This document shows positions 17,114 through 27,289 of a stretch of DNA of 64,000 nt, piece after piece (positions within the stretch are counted from its first letter, which is position 1; the number at the start of each line of letters is the position of its first letter). Both the position numbers and the translations under genes were made by a program. The stretch lies in contig DASWNF010000014.1 of NCBI GenBank assembly GCA_036399335.1, forward strand, positions 108,033 to 172,032, read 5' to 3'. Below the pieces are notes generated by a model, which saw only the letters and a program-made list of their open reading frames with translations, made no database searches and had not been told where the DNA came from. This DNA comes from Minisyncoccota bacterium. Lineage in GTDB: Bacteria > Patescibacteriota > Minisyncoccia > Phycocordibacterales > Phycocordibacteraceae.

Positions 17114-18340
17114 CTAGAGGTCGTAGAGCCAAAGCGCACCATTGTGCTTGTCGGTAAAAAGGAGGACGTCTTCGCCCGGGTCAGTCGTGAGGGCAATGGC
17201 GTCTATCGAGACGTCAGCGACTGCGCTCGGGTCGATAACGAGGGTCGCGAGGCGGTTGCCCATGTCGATTTCCCATATGCGGTCGGCGAACGTCACGGCT
17301 CCCTGGTACCAGAAGTCCGGCAGTCCGCGCGGCAGGCTCTTCGGCACGGCGCAGTACACGGAACCACTATCAGGTGCCCACGTACACTTCTCCGGTAAGG
17401 TAGCGACCGGAAGCGCCGTAGCCTGGCGCGTTGCCGTGTCGAAGACGGCAAGGCGAAGCGTGCCGCGGTCGATGTAGCTGTAGAGGACGAGGTTCCCCGC
17501 AGGGCTCGGAAGTATGGAGAGCCCGGCGAGCGGCCCTAGGATGCGGGTGAAGGCGCCGTTTGCGGTGCTGATGCGGAAGGCGTAGCCGCTCCGGAATACC
17601 GAAGCTTTCGTGTGCGCAAAGTAGTCGCCCTGGGTCGGGTGGACGATAATGGAGGAGAGGAGCGAGGTGAATAGCGTGCGGGCGTTCGTGCCGTCAGCGC
17701 GCGCGACCGAACCGACCGAACCGGCTGTGCCCGAAAGCATGGTAAAGAGCGTACTCGAGCCCACCGCCTGTGCCGCTGCCAGGTTTTGCTCGAGGAAGAA
17801 GCCCCCTTCCCCGCTCTCAGGGAGCACGTACGTTGCGACCTGCTCTGCGCCCGGCGTCCCGGCTGCGAAGCGCGCGTAGGCCATCGAGCCGCCAGGAAGC
17901 CATGAAACCCGTTGGACGCCCGGCAGGGTCTTGTTTGAAATGCGCACGAGGCTGCGTTCCTCTTTGAGGTAACGGTATATGTTGCCGCTCGCGCGGTCGA
18001 TGAAGCGGGCTTCCGTGTCGCGCACCTCGACCTCGACGAGGGCCGGCGTACCGGACGCCGTCTCGACGGTTTGGGTGGTCGTTGATATGCGCGGTATGGC
18101 AACCATGCCTTCGGCCACCGGCCGGTCCGTGATACGGATAAGGCGTGGTGCGAACTCGTCCCCTGCCCCGGAACTGATTTCAACAGGCCCCTCCTCGCTC
18201 ACGAGGCCGCTTCCCGTACCGCCGAACGGGTCGTCGGTTGCCGTAAGTTCACCCGAGTCGGCAAAGAGGAAGTATGCGCCGGCCACGAGCCCGAGGATGA
18301 CGATGATGCTCGCACTGATGATGAGTGTCCGTTTTCGCAT
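17114..18340 (-). CDS. membrane-anchored beta-propeller-like protein of the T4SS-like cluster
   Basis: N-terminal TM; TLPEKCTW, YCAVP, LPDFWYQG...F.DRIW motifs. Confidence 0.75.
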   Translation of the reverse strand: MRKRTLIISASIIVILGLVAGAYFLFADSGELTATDDPFGGTGSGLVSEEGPVEISSGAGDEFAPRLIRITDRPVAEGMVAIPRISTTTQTVETASGTPALVEVEVRDTEARFIDRASGNIYRYLKEERSLVRISNKTLPGVQRVSWLPGGSMAYARFAAGTPGAEQVATYVLPESGEGGFFLEQNLAAAQAVGSSTLFTMLSGTAGSVGSVARADGTNARTLFTSLLSSIIVHPTQGDYFAHTKASVFRSGYAFRISTANGAFTRILGPLAGLSILPSPAGNLVLYSYIDRGTLRLAVFDTATRQATALPVATLPEKCTWAPDSGSVYCAVPKSLPRGLPDFWYQGAVTFADRIWEIDMGNRLATLVIDPSAVADVSIDAIALTTDPGEDVLLFTDKHNGALWLYDL

Positions 18341-18342
18341 GC

Positions 18343-19359
18343 TTATGGCTCGCAACGCATGGTACCTGCGTAACACCTTGGAAGTGCGACTCCCACCGCG
18401 TCCCCGGGACAAAGGCTCGGATTTGCTGCTGCCCGTACCTTCCACGTGCCGCCGTCCGCGGTGCATGACTTCTGGAAGGCGAGGTAGCGCTCCTTGTCGC
18501 TTTCTCGGGGACCGTAGGTGCCAGTGTTCCCGGTCTTTTCAAGAGCGACGCTTGCCGTAAGTCCGCAATAGGCCGTGTATGCGGAACATCCGTCAGCATC
18601 GCAATCCCCCTTCCCTTTCGTGGTACAGGTTGTCGTGCACCCCTTACTCGTAGCGATGCCCTCATTCACCATAACCTTTGCCGTACATTGTGTGAGGAAG
18701 GTATCCAGCCCTGCCTTCGTGGGGAATACGCCCTTTTTAAGGGTCGTGCCGGTAACGGATCCGCTACCGAGCGATGTAATCGCATCCTGGCCACGTTTCT
18801 GCTCCGGTGTCTGCGGGATATCCGTAAGCGTGCGGCTTAATGACGAAAGGTCGAGCTTCAATTTCAGTATGTCAGGGTTTATGATGCCGAAAACGATAGC
18901 CGGGGAGAGCACCAGGAGAAGTCCGAGGAGTGAGCTTGAGATGAGGTGCTTCGCTTGTTCGTTATGCCCCACGCTGCCTTTATGGAACATGAAATATGCA
19001 CCCGCACGCATGATTTGGAGGACGGCAATGCCGGCTGCAATACCGATACAAAGGCGGTACAGGTAATTGAGGAAGTCGGGCAGAGTGTCTGGCTTTGACG
19101 CATCTTCAATGCCGGGAAGGTTCGTAAGCGGTACGAACTTATAATCGTCGCCCGTTGCCGCTGCGCCCGTTGCCGGGGTTTCGTCAGTTGCGGGCGGAGC
19201 CGCAGGATCGGCCGCCGGTTTTGGCGTTTCGTCAGTTGCAGGCGTCGCAGCTGCCGGTGCTTCCGTGGTAGGCTGCGCCTTCGTACCCTGGGCATGCAGT
19301 ACAAGCGGCATGCCGGCAACGAGAGCCGAGAGGATGAAGATAATGAGGTGCGTACGCAT
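18343..19359 (-). CDS. pilin-like (TrbC/VirB2-type) membrane protein with Cys-rich C-terminus
   Basis: Signal peptide; FLNYLY...IGIAAGIAVLQIMRAG...AK..I...LLGLLLVL...I...INPDIL. Confidence 0.7.
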   Translation of the reverse strand: MRTHLIIFILSALVAGMPLVLHAQGTKAQPTTEAPAAATPATDETPKPAADPAAPPATDETPATGAAATGDDYKFVPLTNLPGIEDASKPDTLPDFLNYLYRLCIGIAAGIAVLQIMRAGAYFMFHKGSVGHNEQAKHLISSSLLGLLLVLSPAIVFGIINPDILKLKLDLSSLSRTLTDIPQTPEQKRGQDAITSLGSGSVTGTTLKKGVFPTKAGLDTFLTQCTAKVMVNEGIATSKGCTTTCTTKGKGDCDADGCSAYTAYCGLTASVALEKTGNTGTYGPRESDKERYLAFQKSCTADGGTWKVRAAANPSLCPGDAVGVALPRCYAGTMRCEP

Positions 19360-19363
19360 ATGG

Positions 19364-20350
19364 TTATAGGCCAAAGAAGCCGAGTGAGCTCTCGCCCTTG
19401 AACGTAATAGTAAGCCGCTGGCTCGCACTTTGTCCCGTATCGGGAACCTCGGCAAGTACTTGTACGAGTGCCGTCCCGCCCCTCGACCCCGAGGAGCGTA
19501 GAGTGATGTCCTGGTCATTGTCGCTTGCATCATCCCCCACGCTCCATGTGAGGAGTGGCCGGTCGGGGAAGAAGTACGGCACGGCACGGAAAGTTTCCTC
19601 CGTACCGACGAGTGCCGTATTTGCGGGGAGCGCCGTGCCGTACAGGGGGCCGAGTAGCGGGTCGTTGCGGTATACCCGGACGAACGGGTCGCTCGGCGCG
19701 ACAACGGTTGCCGCCTCAGCTACCACGGAACGGTCTTGGCTCGTCACCGTCACCGATATGCGCGCGTCGCGGTGCCTCACTGGGGCACTTGCCGAAAGTA
19801 CGGACTTCCCTATCCCGGATGCGCCCTGGAGGATCTGGTCGCCGTTCCGCCAGGTGTAGACCAAGCTTGCCGCAGGTATGGGCGCCCCTGAAGACGTGCG
19901 AAGGTCGGGGATGGCAACGAGACGGACGGCGCCTTCGGACGAGGTGAGCGCTCCTCCCTCATAGAAAGGATGCACCGTCGAATATGGCTCGACGACGAGT
20001 GCCACGTCCGCCGGGCGAATCGTCAGGCTCTTGGTGAAACTTTGGGCACCGGATGTCGCGCGTATGGTAATCGTGGTCACGGTGCCCGGGCCCCCGACGG
20101 TTACGTATGCGGGCTCCGCCCCGCTGCCTTCGGATACGACCGAGCCGTTTACGAGCACGGTCACTTTACTGGCGGAAAGGTCTATATACGTACTTTCCGG
20201 GATGATGGTCACGGTTTCATACGGCCGTGGGTACGACGGCATGATGGTTGCTGTAATCGGTTCGGTCCCAAGCATCTGCTGGGCCTGTGAGGCCGAGACT
20301 ATGCCGAAGCCTGCAGCGATAAGGAGCAGGGTCGCGAATGCACGCTTCAT
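19364..20350 (-). CDS. secreted Ig-like/beta-rich hypothetical protein
   Basis: Signal peptide; P.YPRP.ETVTI, LVYTW, FRAVPYFF. Confidence 0.75.
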   Translation of the reverse strand: MKRAFATLLLIAAGFGIVSASQAQQMLGTEPITATIMPSYPRPYETVTIIPESTYIDLSASKVTVLVNGSVVSEGSGAEPAYVTVGGPGTVTTITIRATSGAQSFTKSLTIRPADVALVVEPYSTVHPFYEGGALTSSEGAVRLVAIPDLRTSSGAPIPAASLVYTWRNGDQILQGASGIGKSVLSASAPVRHRDARISVTVTSQDRSVVAEAATVVAPSDPFVRVYRNDPLLGPLYGTALPANTALVGTEETFRAVPYFFPDRPLLTWSVGDDASDNDQDITLRSSGSRGGTALVQVLAEVPDTGQSASQRLTITFKGESSLGFFGL

Positions 20351-20404
20351 GCATACAGTATACCTGAGCGGCCCCGCAGCCGTTGCACCCTGCGGCGGAT
20401 AAGT

Positions 20405-21046
20405 TTACACGGCCTCGAGTTCGTCGGCCCGTTCGCGCCGCGCCGCGCCGTCCTTTGCGGTCGTAGGTACGCCCGGCCCGGGGGCTCTTGGCATGGGTGT
20501 CTTGGGGGCGTAGGAGTCGACCTTCGTCCAATCCTGGCGAGGGCGCGCTATAGGACGAGGCTCCGGTAGTGCGGCCCTCGATCCCTGTGGCTCCTCGGCT
20601 TCTCGTGCTTCTGGCATGCCTGCGGGTACGCGGCCGGATATCCTGGTCGGGAACATGCGGGTTTTTGCGGCCGCCTTTTCCTTAACCTCCTTTCTTTCTT
20701 TGGCTTTTTCGCGATCCTCCATACGCGTGCCTATGATCACGAGCGCGACTCCGAGCGTAAGCGCAGGAAGCGCGTTTACGATAGGGACGAGTTCCAATAC
20801 CGTACCGGTCATAATGCCCAGTACCTTGAGCCCCGCCTTCTTCCCCGTGAAGTAGTTGACCCCATCACAGAAGATGAACAGCCAAAGGGAGGCTATGAAT
20901 ATACCGATGAAGGTTACGCCTAAATTAATGACCTGTCCCAGGACAGGGATGAGGTTGATGAGGAACTGGACGCCGTCGAGAAAAAGTTCGACGGTAAGAA
21001 GGCTTATGGCTGAGGCGGTCCCTACGCGATACGTAACCTTATCCAT
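20405..21046 (-). CDS. hypothetical membrane protein
   Basis: Several TM segments (IPVLGQ, ELVPIVNALP) and a charged tail; directly follows virB4. Confidence 0.7.
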   Translation of the reverse strand: MDKVTYRVGTASAISLLTVELFLDGVQFLINLIPVLGQVINLGVTFIGIFIASLWLFIFCDGVNYFTGKKAGLKVLGIMTGTVLELVPIVNALPALTLGVALVIIGTRMEDREKAKERKEVKEKAAAKTRMFPTRISGRVPAGMPEAREAEEPQGSRAALPEPRPIARPRQDWTKVDSYAPKTPMPRAPGPGVPTTAKDGAARRERADELEAV

Positions 21047-21048
21047 GG

Positions 21049-22860
21049 CTACTCACTCCCATGCCGGTCTTTCTCGCGCTTGATGGCGAGGAGTTGCGAG
21101 GGGTCAGACGTAATGATCTGGTCTTCCGTGTATGAGGCGACGATTTTAATGGCGACATGCTTCATGCCGGCAAAGAATAGCCCCTCACCGACGTTTGATT
21201 CGAGAAGCAGGAACTTCTCTTCCTCGGTAAGGTTAAAGGTCTCTTGGAGCGTATCGATGACTGTTGGTGACTGCTTGAGCAGGAGCTGTATGGAGGAGTT
21301 GCTGAGGATAGGGCGACCGTACGGCGAACGGAGGAAGTCTTCCACGTCTTGGGTGATGGTGGCGAGCCCGAGGTAGTACTTACGTCCGCGCTTCGCAAGG
21401 CTGTAGAGGAAGGAGGCCGTGTCCTCCGACTTCATCATCCACCACGCCTCGTCGATGATAAGCAGGCGCTTCTTAAGCTCCTGGCGGACGGAGTTCCAGA
21501 TGTAGTGGGTAATGATGTACATCGCCACGGGCTTGAGCTCGTCTTCCATATCGCGCACCGAGAAAACGATGAACTGCTTCTTGATATCGATATTAGTCGG
21601 CTGGTTCAGGAAGCCCGACCAGGTACCGCGAGTGTATTTCGAGAGGCGGGTCACGAGCGATTCGCTGCCTTCCATGCCCGAGAGCACGCTTTCAAAGTCG
21701 GAAAGGAGCGGCGGCTCCATGCCGGTAAAGTCGGCATCGCCGGTAATGTCCTTGAGCGCATAGGTTTCGGTAATCGCGCGGTCGATGATGGCATCCTCTT
21801 CGGGGCTCAGCCCACCCAGCATGATGCGGAAAAGGCCGACGAGGTTAATGATGTTATTCCGCAGGATATCTGTCGGCTCTTCGTCTTCGCGCACGGGAGG
21901 GAGGTCGAACGGGTTGATGTGGTGCTCGCTCGAAAGCGAAATGTTGAACATGCGTCCGCCCGTTGCCTGGGCAAGGTACTCATACTCGCGCTCAGGGTCG
22001 ATGACGATGACCTCGGTGTCGAACATGAGCGAGCGCAAGATCTCGAGCTTCACGGCATAGGACTTCCCCGAACCCGACTTCGCAAAGACGACCGAGTTGT
22101 AGTTTTCGAGGGAGAACCGGTCAAACAGGATGAGCGACGAGTTGTGGCGGTTAATGCCGTAGAGGATGCCGCGGTCGCTCGAAAGGTCGAAGGAGACGAA
22201 GGGGAATATCGAAGAAAGCGGTGAAGAGTTCAGTTTTGAGTGGACGTTTAGCTCGTCGATGGCGAGCGGCAGGGTCGAGCGGAAACCCTGCTCCTGTTCA
22301 AAGAGCGCCGGCTTGGTATACACCAGCTTGGAGTCGAGGATACCGCGCACTTCGCCCTCGACCTTGTCGAGTTCTTCCTTCGTGCTCTCATAGAGGGTGA
22401 TATACAGGCCAACCTCGAAGAGGCGTTCCTGCGCCTGCTGCAGCGTGTCGCGCAAGTTCTCGAGGTCCTGGTACGCCGTGTCGAGCATCGGGTCGCGCAC
22501 GAGGCCTTTTTGTTCGCGCTCCATGATCTGGCTCTCGACTTCAGCGACCTTCTTCTGGAAATTGCGCAGCATGAGGCCGGTCTCAAGCGGATGGATGAAG
22601 ATGCCCACGTCGAAGACCTTGTCGAGGTTGATGATCGGCGTGAACCAGCCGTCGTTGAGGAAGCGAGGGTATGAAATGGTGTAGAACGAGCGGGCAATCT
22701 TCTCCCCGAGCTCGAGCTCGCGCGAAGCAACCTTGAGGGCGGCCGGGGCAATGGTATCGGCAAGGTCGAGCTTCCCTTCCGCATAGATGTCCTTCGGCAG
22801 GACCGGGGTAATTTTCACCTCGTCCTCCTTATTCCGGTTGAAAAAATCGAGTAGGGCCAT
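21049..22860 (-). CDS. VirB4/TraC-like type IV secretion ATPase
   Basis: Walker A AKSGSGKS, IVIDPEREY, INPFDL, Walker B LIIDEAW, KRGRKY, ITQDVEDF. Confidence 0.92.
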   Translation of the reverse strand: MALLDFFNRNKEDEVKITPVLPKDIYAEGKLDLADTIAPAALKVASRELELGEKIARSFYTISYPRFLNDGWFTPIINLDKVFDVGIFIHPLETGLMLRNFQKKVAEVESQIMEREQKGLVRDPMLDTAYQDLENLRDTLQQAQERLFEVGLYITLYESTKEELDKVEGEVRGILDSKLVYTKPALFEQEQGFRSTLPLAIDELNVHSKLNSSPLSSIFPFVSFDLSSDRGILYGINRHNSSLILFDRFSLENYNSVVFAKSGSGKSYAVKLEILRSLMFDTEVIVIDPEREYEYLAQATGGRMFNISLSSEHHINPFDLPPVREDEEPTDILRNNIINLVGLFRIMLGGLSPEEDAIIDRAITETYALKDITGDADFTGMEPPLLSDFESVLSGMEGSESLVTRLSKYTRGTWSGFLNQPTNIDIKKQFIVFSVRDMEDELKPVAMYIITHYIWNSVRQELKKRLLIIDEAWWMMKSEDTASFLYSLAKRGRKYYLGLATITQDVEDFLRSPYGRPILSNSSIQLLLKQSPTVIDTLQETFNLTEEEKFLLLESNVGEGLFFAGMKHVAIKIVASYTEDQIITSDPSQLLAIKREKDRHGSE

Positions 22861-22861
22861 G

Positions 22862-23491
22862 TTATGCGAAATGAATAGGGTTTTCCATATCCCCCACGTT
22901 AAAGGAACGGTACAGGAGCTCAATAATCTCCTCGGTCCCGAGCGGCGCGGCGCGCACGCCCGCTGAGGCGAGCCCGTTCATGACCAATGACATGCGCTGC
23001 TCAAGCTGCACGCGGCTTTCTTCGAAGGAAGTGTCCTCGTTTGATTCACCCTTATCCTTTTTCCCGCTGAGGAAGGACAATCCGCTCGAGACCGATACCC
23101 CGCTCCCGCCCTCGTACGGGACGACGGCATAAAAGGTTTTCGTCATGATGTCCGCACCCTCGATGAAGTTGCGGATGAAGTTCGAGTACTCGCGCAGCTG
23201 CACGCGCATGAGTTCGCTTCCCTGGAGCGGCATACGCTCTTCGAGCAGGTTCAAGTACGGACGGATATCGGTTTTGCGTGAGTGGACGACAATCTGTACG
23301 GAGAAGTCGATGGTATTCAGGAACGTCTGGAAGCCGCCGATGATGGCGCGCTGCTCGTCTCCCGACTTGAGCGCGAAGTTGACCGACGAGCACATAAGGA
23401 TGCCGCGGTACCCGCCGCTCTTCAAAATGACGACGCCGCTGCGCACTTCTTCGACTGGCACGAATGACTGTGAAGCTTGGGAAGAAGGCAT
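22862..23491 (-). CDS. TraC/VirB4 N-terminal-like T4SS-associated protein
   Basis: SSVNFALKS.DEQ.AII..FQ.FLN.IDF.VQI motif; between prgI and virB4. Confidence 0.75.
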   Translation of the reverse strand: MPSSQASQSFVPVEEVRSGVVILKSGGYRGILMCSSVNFALKSGDEQRAIIGGFQTFLNTIDFSVQIVVHSRKTDIRPYLNLLEERMPLQGSELMRVQLREYSNFIRNFIEGADIMTKTFYAVVPYEGGSGVSVSSGLSFLSGKKDKGESNEDTSFEESRVQLEQRMSLVMNGLASAGVRAAPLGTEEIIELLYRSFNVGDMENPIHFA

Positions 23492-23492
23492 A

Positions 23493-23903
23493 TTACGTGG
23501 TTGGGGCACCTGGGTTCTGGTCCTTAATATCAAGCGACCAGGCGAGCTCCTTCAGCTTTCCTTGGGTAAGTACGAGCTTTTCCCGCACCGGGGCTACGGG
23601 CGCCGCTACAGGCGCTGCCTCATGCTCCTGCTTCTTCCAGAGGTAGAGGCGGTCTTTTGTGTAGAAGGTAATGGCCGCCTCGATGATGTCGACGAAGCTC
23701 TTGTTGTTGATTTTATAAAAAGCGAGCGCTCCTGAGAATGCGGCCACGGGCAGCGCGAGCACGATGCCGACCATGAGCGGCAAGGAAAGCACGAGTATGG
23801 CGCACAAGCCGATGCCGCCGGCAAGATAGATGAATTGTTTGAGTGAAAGAGGACCGAATATCTTGTCCTCAACTTCAATGAACTGCGGCACCTGGTACTC
23901 CAT
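23493..23903 (-). CDS. PrgI family protein
   Basis: YQVPQFIEVEDKIFGPLSLKQFIYL plus two TM segments. Confidence 0.88.
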   Translation of the reverse strand: MEYQVPQFIEVEDKIFGPLSLKQFIYLAGGIGLCAILVLSLPLMVGIVLALPVAAFSGALAFYKINNKSFVDIIEAAITFYTKDRLYLWKKQEHEAAPVAAPVAPVREKLVLTQGKLKELAWSLDIKDQNPGAPTT

Positions 23904-23934
23904 AAACAGTAGTATACCGCACGCCTACCGACCC

Positions 23935-24810
23935 TTACTCGATGGCTTCGCGGTAGGGGTCGCTTCCGTACTCTTTCGTAATGGGCGTGTTCTCATACGT
24001 CCGGTCGATCGGCGTCAGGCGTACGGGCGCGAGCGCGGGAGGCGCATATGCAGACTCCGGATATGTCGGTGCGGGCTGGGACTGGGGCGCCGGTGGAGGC
24101 GGAGGTGCGTAGGTAACGGGCACCGACGCCGTCTGGAACGAGCGCGCAGGGCTTGCTGCCTGGCCTTCGAGGCCTTGGGAGGCGAGCTGCATGTCCCCGG
24201 CCATGGTACGCGCATGGGGATAGGTAGGAACCGGTACGTTCATATATATAGGAGCGCTCGCCGGTGCAGGCGTATATACCGGTACCGGCGGTGTCGGTAG
24301 AGGTGCGGGAGCCGGTGTCGGTGCGGCTACCGGCGGCGGCATGGGCTGATGTGGCCGTTGAGGTACCGGTTCCGCGGGCGTGCTCGCGGCAGGAGGTTTA
24401 GGTGGCTCCATACCCTCTCCCACCGCCATAGGTGGTACGGCAGGGCTTGGCCGACGCGGCGGCTCGGGCGTCGCAGGCCCGACGCGCTCCTCATCACGGA
24501 GCTTCTTGAACACCTGATCGTTTACGTCGGCCGTAAGGCTCCTAATGGTCGCGTCGTCAATGCCCCCCTCGCGGAGCGCACCCACGAATTCGTCGGGCGA
24601 GTATACGCCAAGCAGCATGAATATGTATGCGCGCTCGAAGGCCCCGGCGGCGTCAGCATGAAGGCTATGTTTCTGCGACAAACGCAACGAAACCGCATCG
24701 CGTTCCGGACTGCGCAAGAAATTCTGTATCGCAGGCGGAAGCTCCTCCATGAGGAGCTCGACTTGGTCACTGATACTTGTCGTTGAGACGTCGATCTCTT
24801 CTTCGGGCAT
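23935..24810 (-). CDS. proline-rich hypothetical protein
   Basis: Helical N-domain, long Pro-rich linker, C-terminal DPYREAIE. Confidence 0.75.
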   Translation of the reverse strand: MPEEEIDVSTTSISDQVELLMEELPPAIQNFLRSPERDAVSLRLSQKHSLHADAAGAFERAYIFMLLGVYSPDEFVGALREGGIDDATIRSLTADVNDQVFKKLRDEERVGPATPEPPRRPSPAVPPMAVGEGMEPPKPPAASTPAEPVPQRPHQPMPPPVAAPTPAPAPLPTPPVPVYTPAPASAPIYMNVPVPTYPHARTMAGDMQLASQGLEGQAASPARSFQTASVPVTYAPPPPPAPQSQPAPTYPESAYAPPALAPVRLTPIDRTYENTPITKEYGSDPYREAIE

Positions 24811-24837
24811 AGTTTCATATTACACGAGGGTGACTAC

Positions 24838-27285
24838 TTAGTGGTCGGCTTTGTCATGGCCGTGGTCGTCACCGTGGTCGTCACCGTGCCCGTCTTCCTT
24901 GTCGGCTGCCTTTGTCGCGCGTTCGGCGTGCTCTTTTATCTCATGCGTATCCTTGCCTGACTTCGCTATCTCACCCTTAAGTTCGTCGAAGAGCTTCTCG
25001 GACTTCGATTTCTTCATCTCTTTCTTGATCGCTTCATACGCATGGTGGCGCGCACGACCCTTGGCGGTGATAGAGGTTCCACTCGACTCATGCAAATCGT
25101 TAGCGTACCGGGTCATTGGCGCTTTCTTCGCCTTCTCTATGTTCGCTTCAGCATCCTTTATGTCCTTATCGAAGTCCTTCATCGCCTGGTCGTGGTCTTT
25201 CTGCCGGTCGGCGATCGCTTCCTGCCTATTCCGTATGTCATCGCGTTCTTTCGTCGCTGTGGCGCGGTGCACCTCAAGGAGGGCGTTAAGGGCCTCTTGT
25301 TCGCGCTCTACTGCGGCCCTCCGGGCCGCTTGAATTTCCGGCTTGTCGTCATCAGCCTCTGCCGCCGCATTCGCAGCCGCGTTCAACTGCGCCATTTGGG
25401 CTTCACGCTGCGCCGCGCGCGTCTTCTCGATTTCCGCATACTCGTCCTTGAGCTTGTTCGCCGCCTTCTCCATGGTTCGCTTCTCGTCTGCCCAAGTCTT
25501 TTGTGCTGTTTCTTTCTTGGTGCCAATTGTTTCCTTTTTCTGCTCGTAGTGAGTTTGGATGGCTTTGTCGTCATCAGTCTGCTTGAGCGACTTCGCGTAC
25601 TTCACGCGAGCTTCTTCGCCGTGATGGACCAGGTCTGCATACCCGCCCTTATGGGCCTTACCAAGATCTCCCACCTGCTTACCGAGCGTTCCACCGAGTG
25701 CGGTAGCACGGAAGTCGAAACTCGCCTTACCGCCGTAATCAGCGATGCTGGCCATACGGTAACCCATCTCAGTGTGCCCCCAGTCTGTTGCGCGGATGCG
25801 CTCGCTTGCCTTCGAGGCGGCCCGGCCGACGGTCCTCCGTCCCATGAAGCCCATGGCGCCTATGCTGGTTTTTCCTGCAGTCGCTATCGCAAACGACGCC
25901 CCGGCCGCACCGAATTTTCGTGCAGCCGCTAGTGAGGCCAGGAGGAAGCCGATGACGAGCGCGTATATGAGAATGACGCCCATCATGCCGGTCTTGCCCG
26001 TCGTGAGTGCCTGCATTAAGGAGCCTCGGGTGCCCATGCCTGCAAGCCCGTCGGTAATTTTAAGGCTGATGAGCATGAGGAGGAGCATCACCGGAGCGAA
26101 GAACGACTGGTTGATGAGGTTATGCCACCACTGCTCGCCAATCTTCCGGAGTGGCGGTATTGCCATACCGGCAAAGCCTATAGGTGCGGTGACCATAAGG
26201 AAGGTAAGGGTCACTGCGCGGATGATGAGCATGATAGACGCGCCGAAAAGTACGCCAGCGGCAATAAACGCTAGGATGGTAGTCGCGAGGAGTGACGTCG
26301 TGCTTATGTCGAATATGCTTTCGTCATTCCTGAATAGGGAAGAAATTCCCGTACTCTCCATAATGTGGGCGGAAATTCCATAGTTAATGGCGCATCCTTG
26401 CTCACTCTTCCCGTCCTCAGAAATACCACCGATCTCGCTCCCGGCATTAACGTCGTCCGAAAAACACGGGTCAGTATTCGCCTGGTTGTATACGACGGAG
26501 CTTAGGCCGTTCGCCGTGTCGATTACCGCCTCTGCGGCAAACAGGCTGAAGTTCATGAGTACGGCAAAGATAATGAGGAAAGGAAGCGTCTTCTTTGCCG
26601 GGTACGAGTGGAGGTCGAGGATGGTCGAGATCCCGATGAATATGAAGCCGAAGAGGAGGAGCATGTTCCCGATGTCCCGGAGGATCGTCCATGCGGCAAG
26701 GAGCCCCTCGGAGTTCCCGATAAGCGTGGAGAACTGGAAGACGGTCTTCAAGATGACCCAGTTAAAGAGGATGCCGGAAATACCCAGTAGGAAGGTCGCA
26801 AACGTAAGCGCAATGCCGGCCATGCCGCGCGCAAGACAGTTCGGCCAACTCGATGGGTCTGTTGCCGAACAACCGTCTCCCTCCGGTGGTGCTCCTTGCG
26901 CGGTGGAAGTAATAGTCATCTCGCCGGTCACTGAGTCATCCGCTACCTTAACGACGGCACCGCCCGTCGGAATTTCCGTGCTCGACGCACCTACGGGAGT
27001 CCCGGCAGCGTCCTTCACGGCGCATGAAGTTGATGGCGCCATGTCCGGCAAGGGAGAAGGTGAGGATACGCACGTTTCCGTATTTCCATTCGCCTCCTTA
27101 CACTCTACAGTCGTGGCTCCGGATAATGCGCTTGTCGTACTTACGCATTGCCGTCCCTTGTCGTCCGTAAAACGTGTTTGGGCATTACTGATATAAGGCA
27201 CGAGTACGAAAAAGACGGCAATTAAGGCAACCCAAAGCGTGCTTTTCGTTACACTGCTCCTAGGTAGGGTGAGGAATCTAGGCAT
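24838..27285 (-). CDS. VirB6/TrbL-like polytopic membrane protein with coiled-coil tail
   Basis: W.ILRDIGN, LIIFAVLMNFSLF, IR...L.FL...APIGF, WW..L....FFAPV. Confidence 0.75.
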   Translation of the reverse strand: MPRFLTLPRSSVTKSTLWVALIAVFFVLVPYISNAQTRFTDDKGRQCVSTTSALSGATTVECKEANGNTETCVSSPSPLPDMAPSTSCAVKDAAGTPVGASSTEIPTGGAVVKVADDSVTGEMTITSTAQGAPPEGDGCSATDPSSWPNCLARGMAGIALTFATFLLGISGILFNWVILKTVFQFSTLIGNSEGLLAAWTILRDIGNMLLLFGFIFIGISTILDLHSYPAKKTLPFLIIFAVLMNFSLFAAEAVIDTANGLSSVVYNQANTDPCFSDDVNAGSEIGGISEDGKSEQGCAINYGISAHIMESTGISSLFRNDESIFDISTTSLLATTILAFIAAGVLFGASIMLIIRAVTLTFLMVTAPIGFAGMAIPPLRKIGEQWWHNLINQSFFAPVMLLLMLISLKITDGLAGMGTRGSLMQALTTGKTGMMGVILIYALVIGFLLASLAAARKFGAAGASFAIATAGKTSIGAMGFMGRRTVGRAASKASERIRATDWGHTEMGYRMASIADYGGKASFDFRATALGGTLGKQVGDLGKAHKGGYADLVHHGEEARVKYAKSLKQTDDDKAIQTHYEQKKETIGTKKETAQKTWADEKRTMEKAANKLKDEYAEIEKTRAAQREAQMAQLNAAANAAAEADDDKPEIQAARRAAVEREQEALNALLEVHRATATKERDDIRNRQEAIADRQKDHDQAMKDFDKDIKDAEANIEKAKKAPMTRYANDLHESSGTSITAKGRARHHAYEAIKKEMKKSKSEKLFDELKGEIAKSGKDTHEIKEHAERATKAADKEDGHGDDHGDDHGHDKADH

Positions 27286-27289
27286 GTGT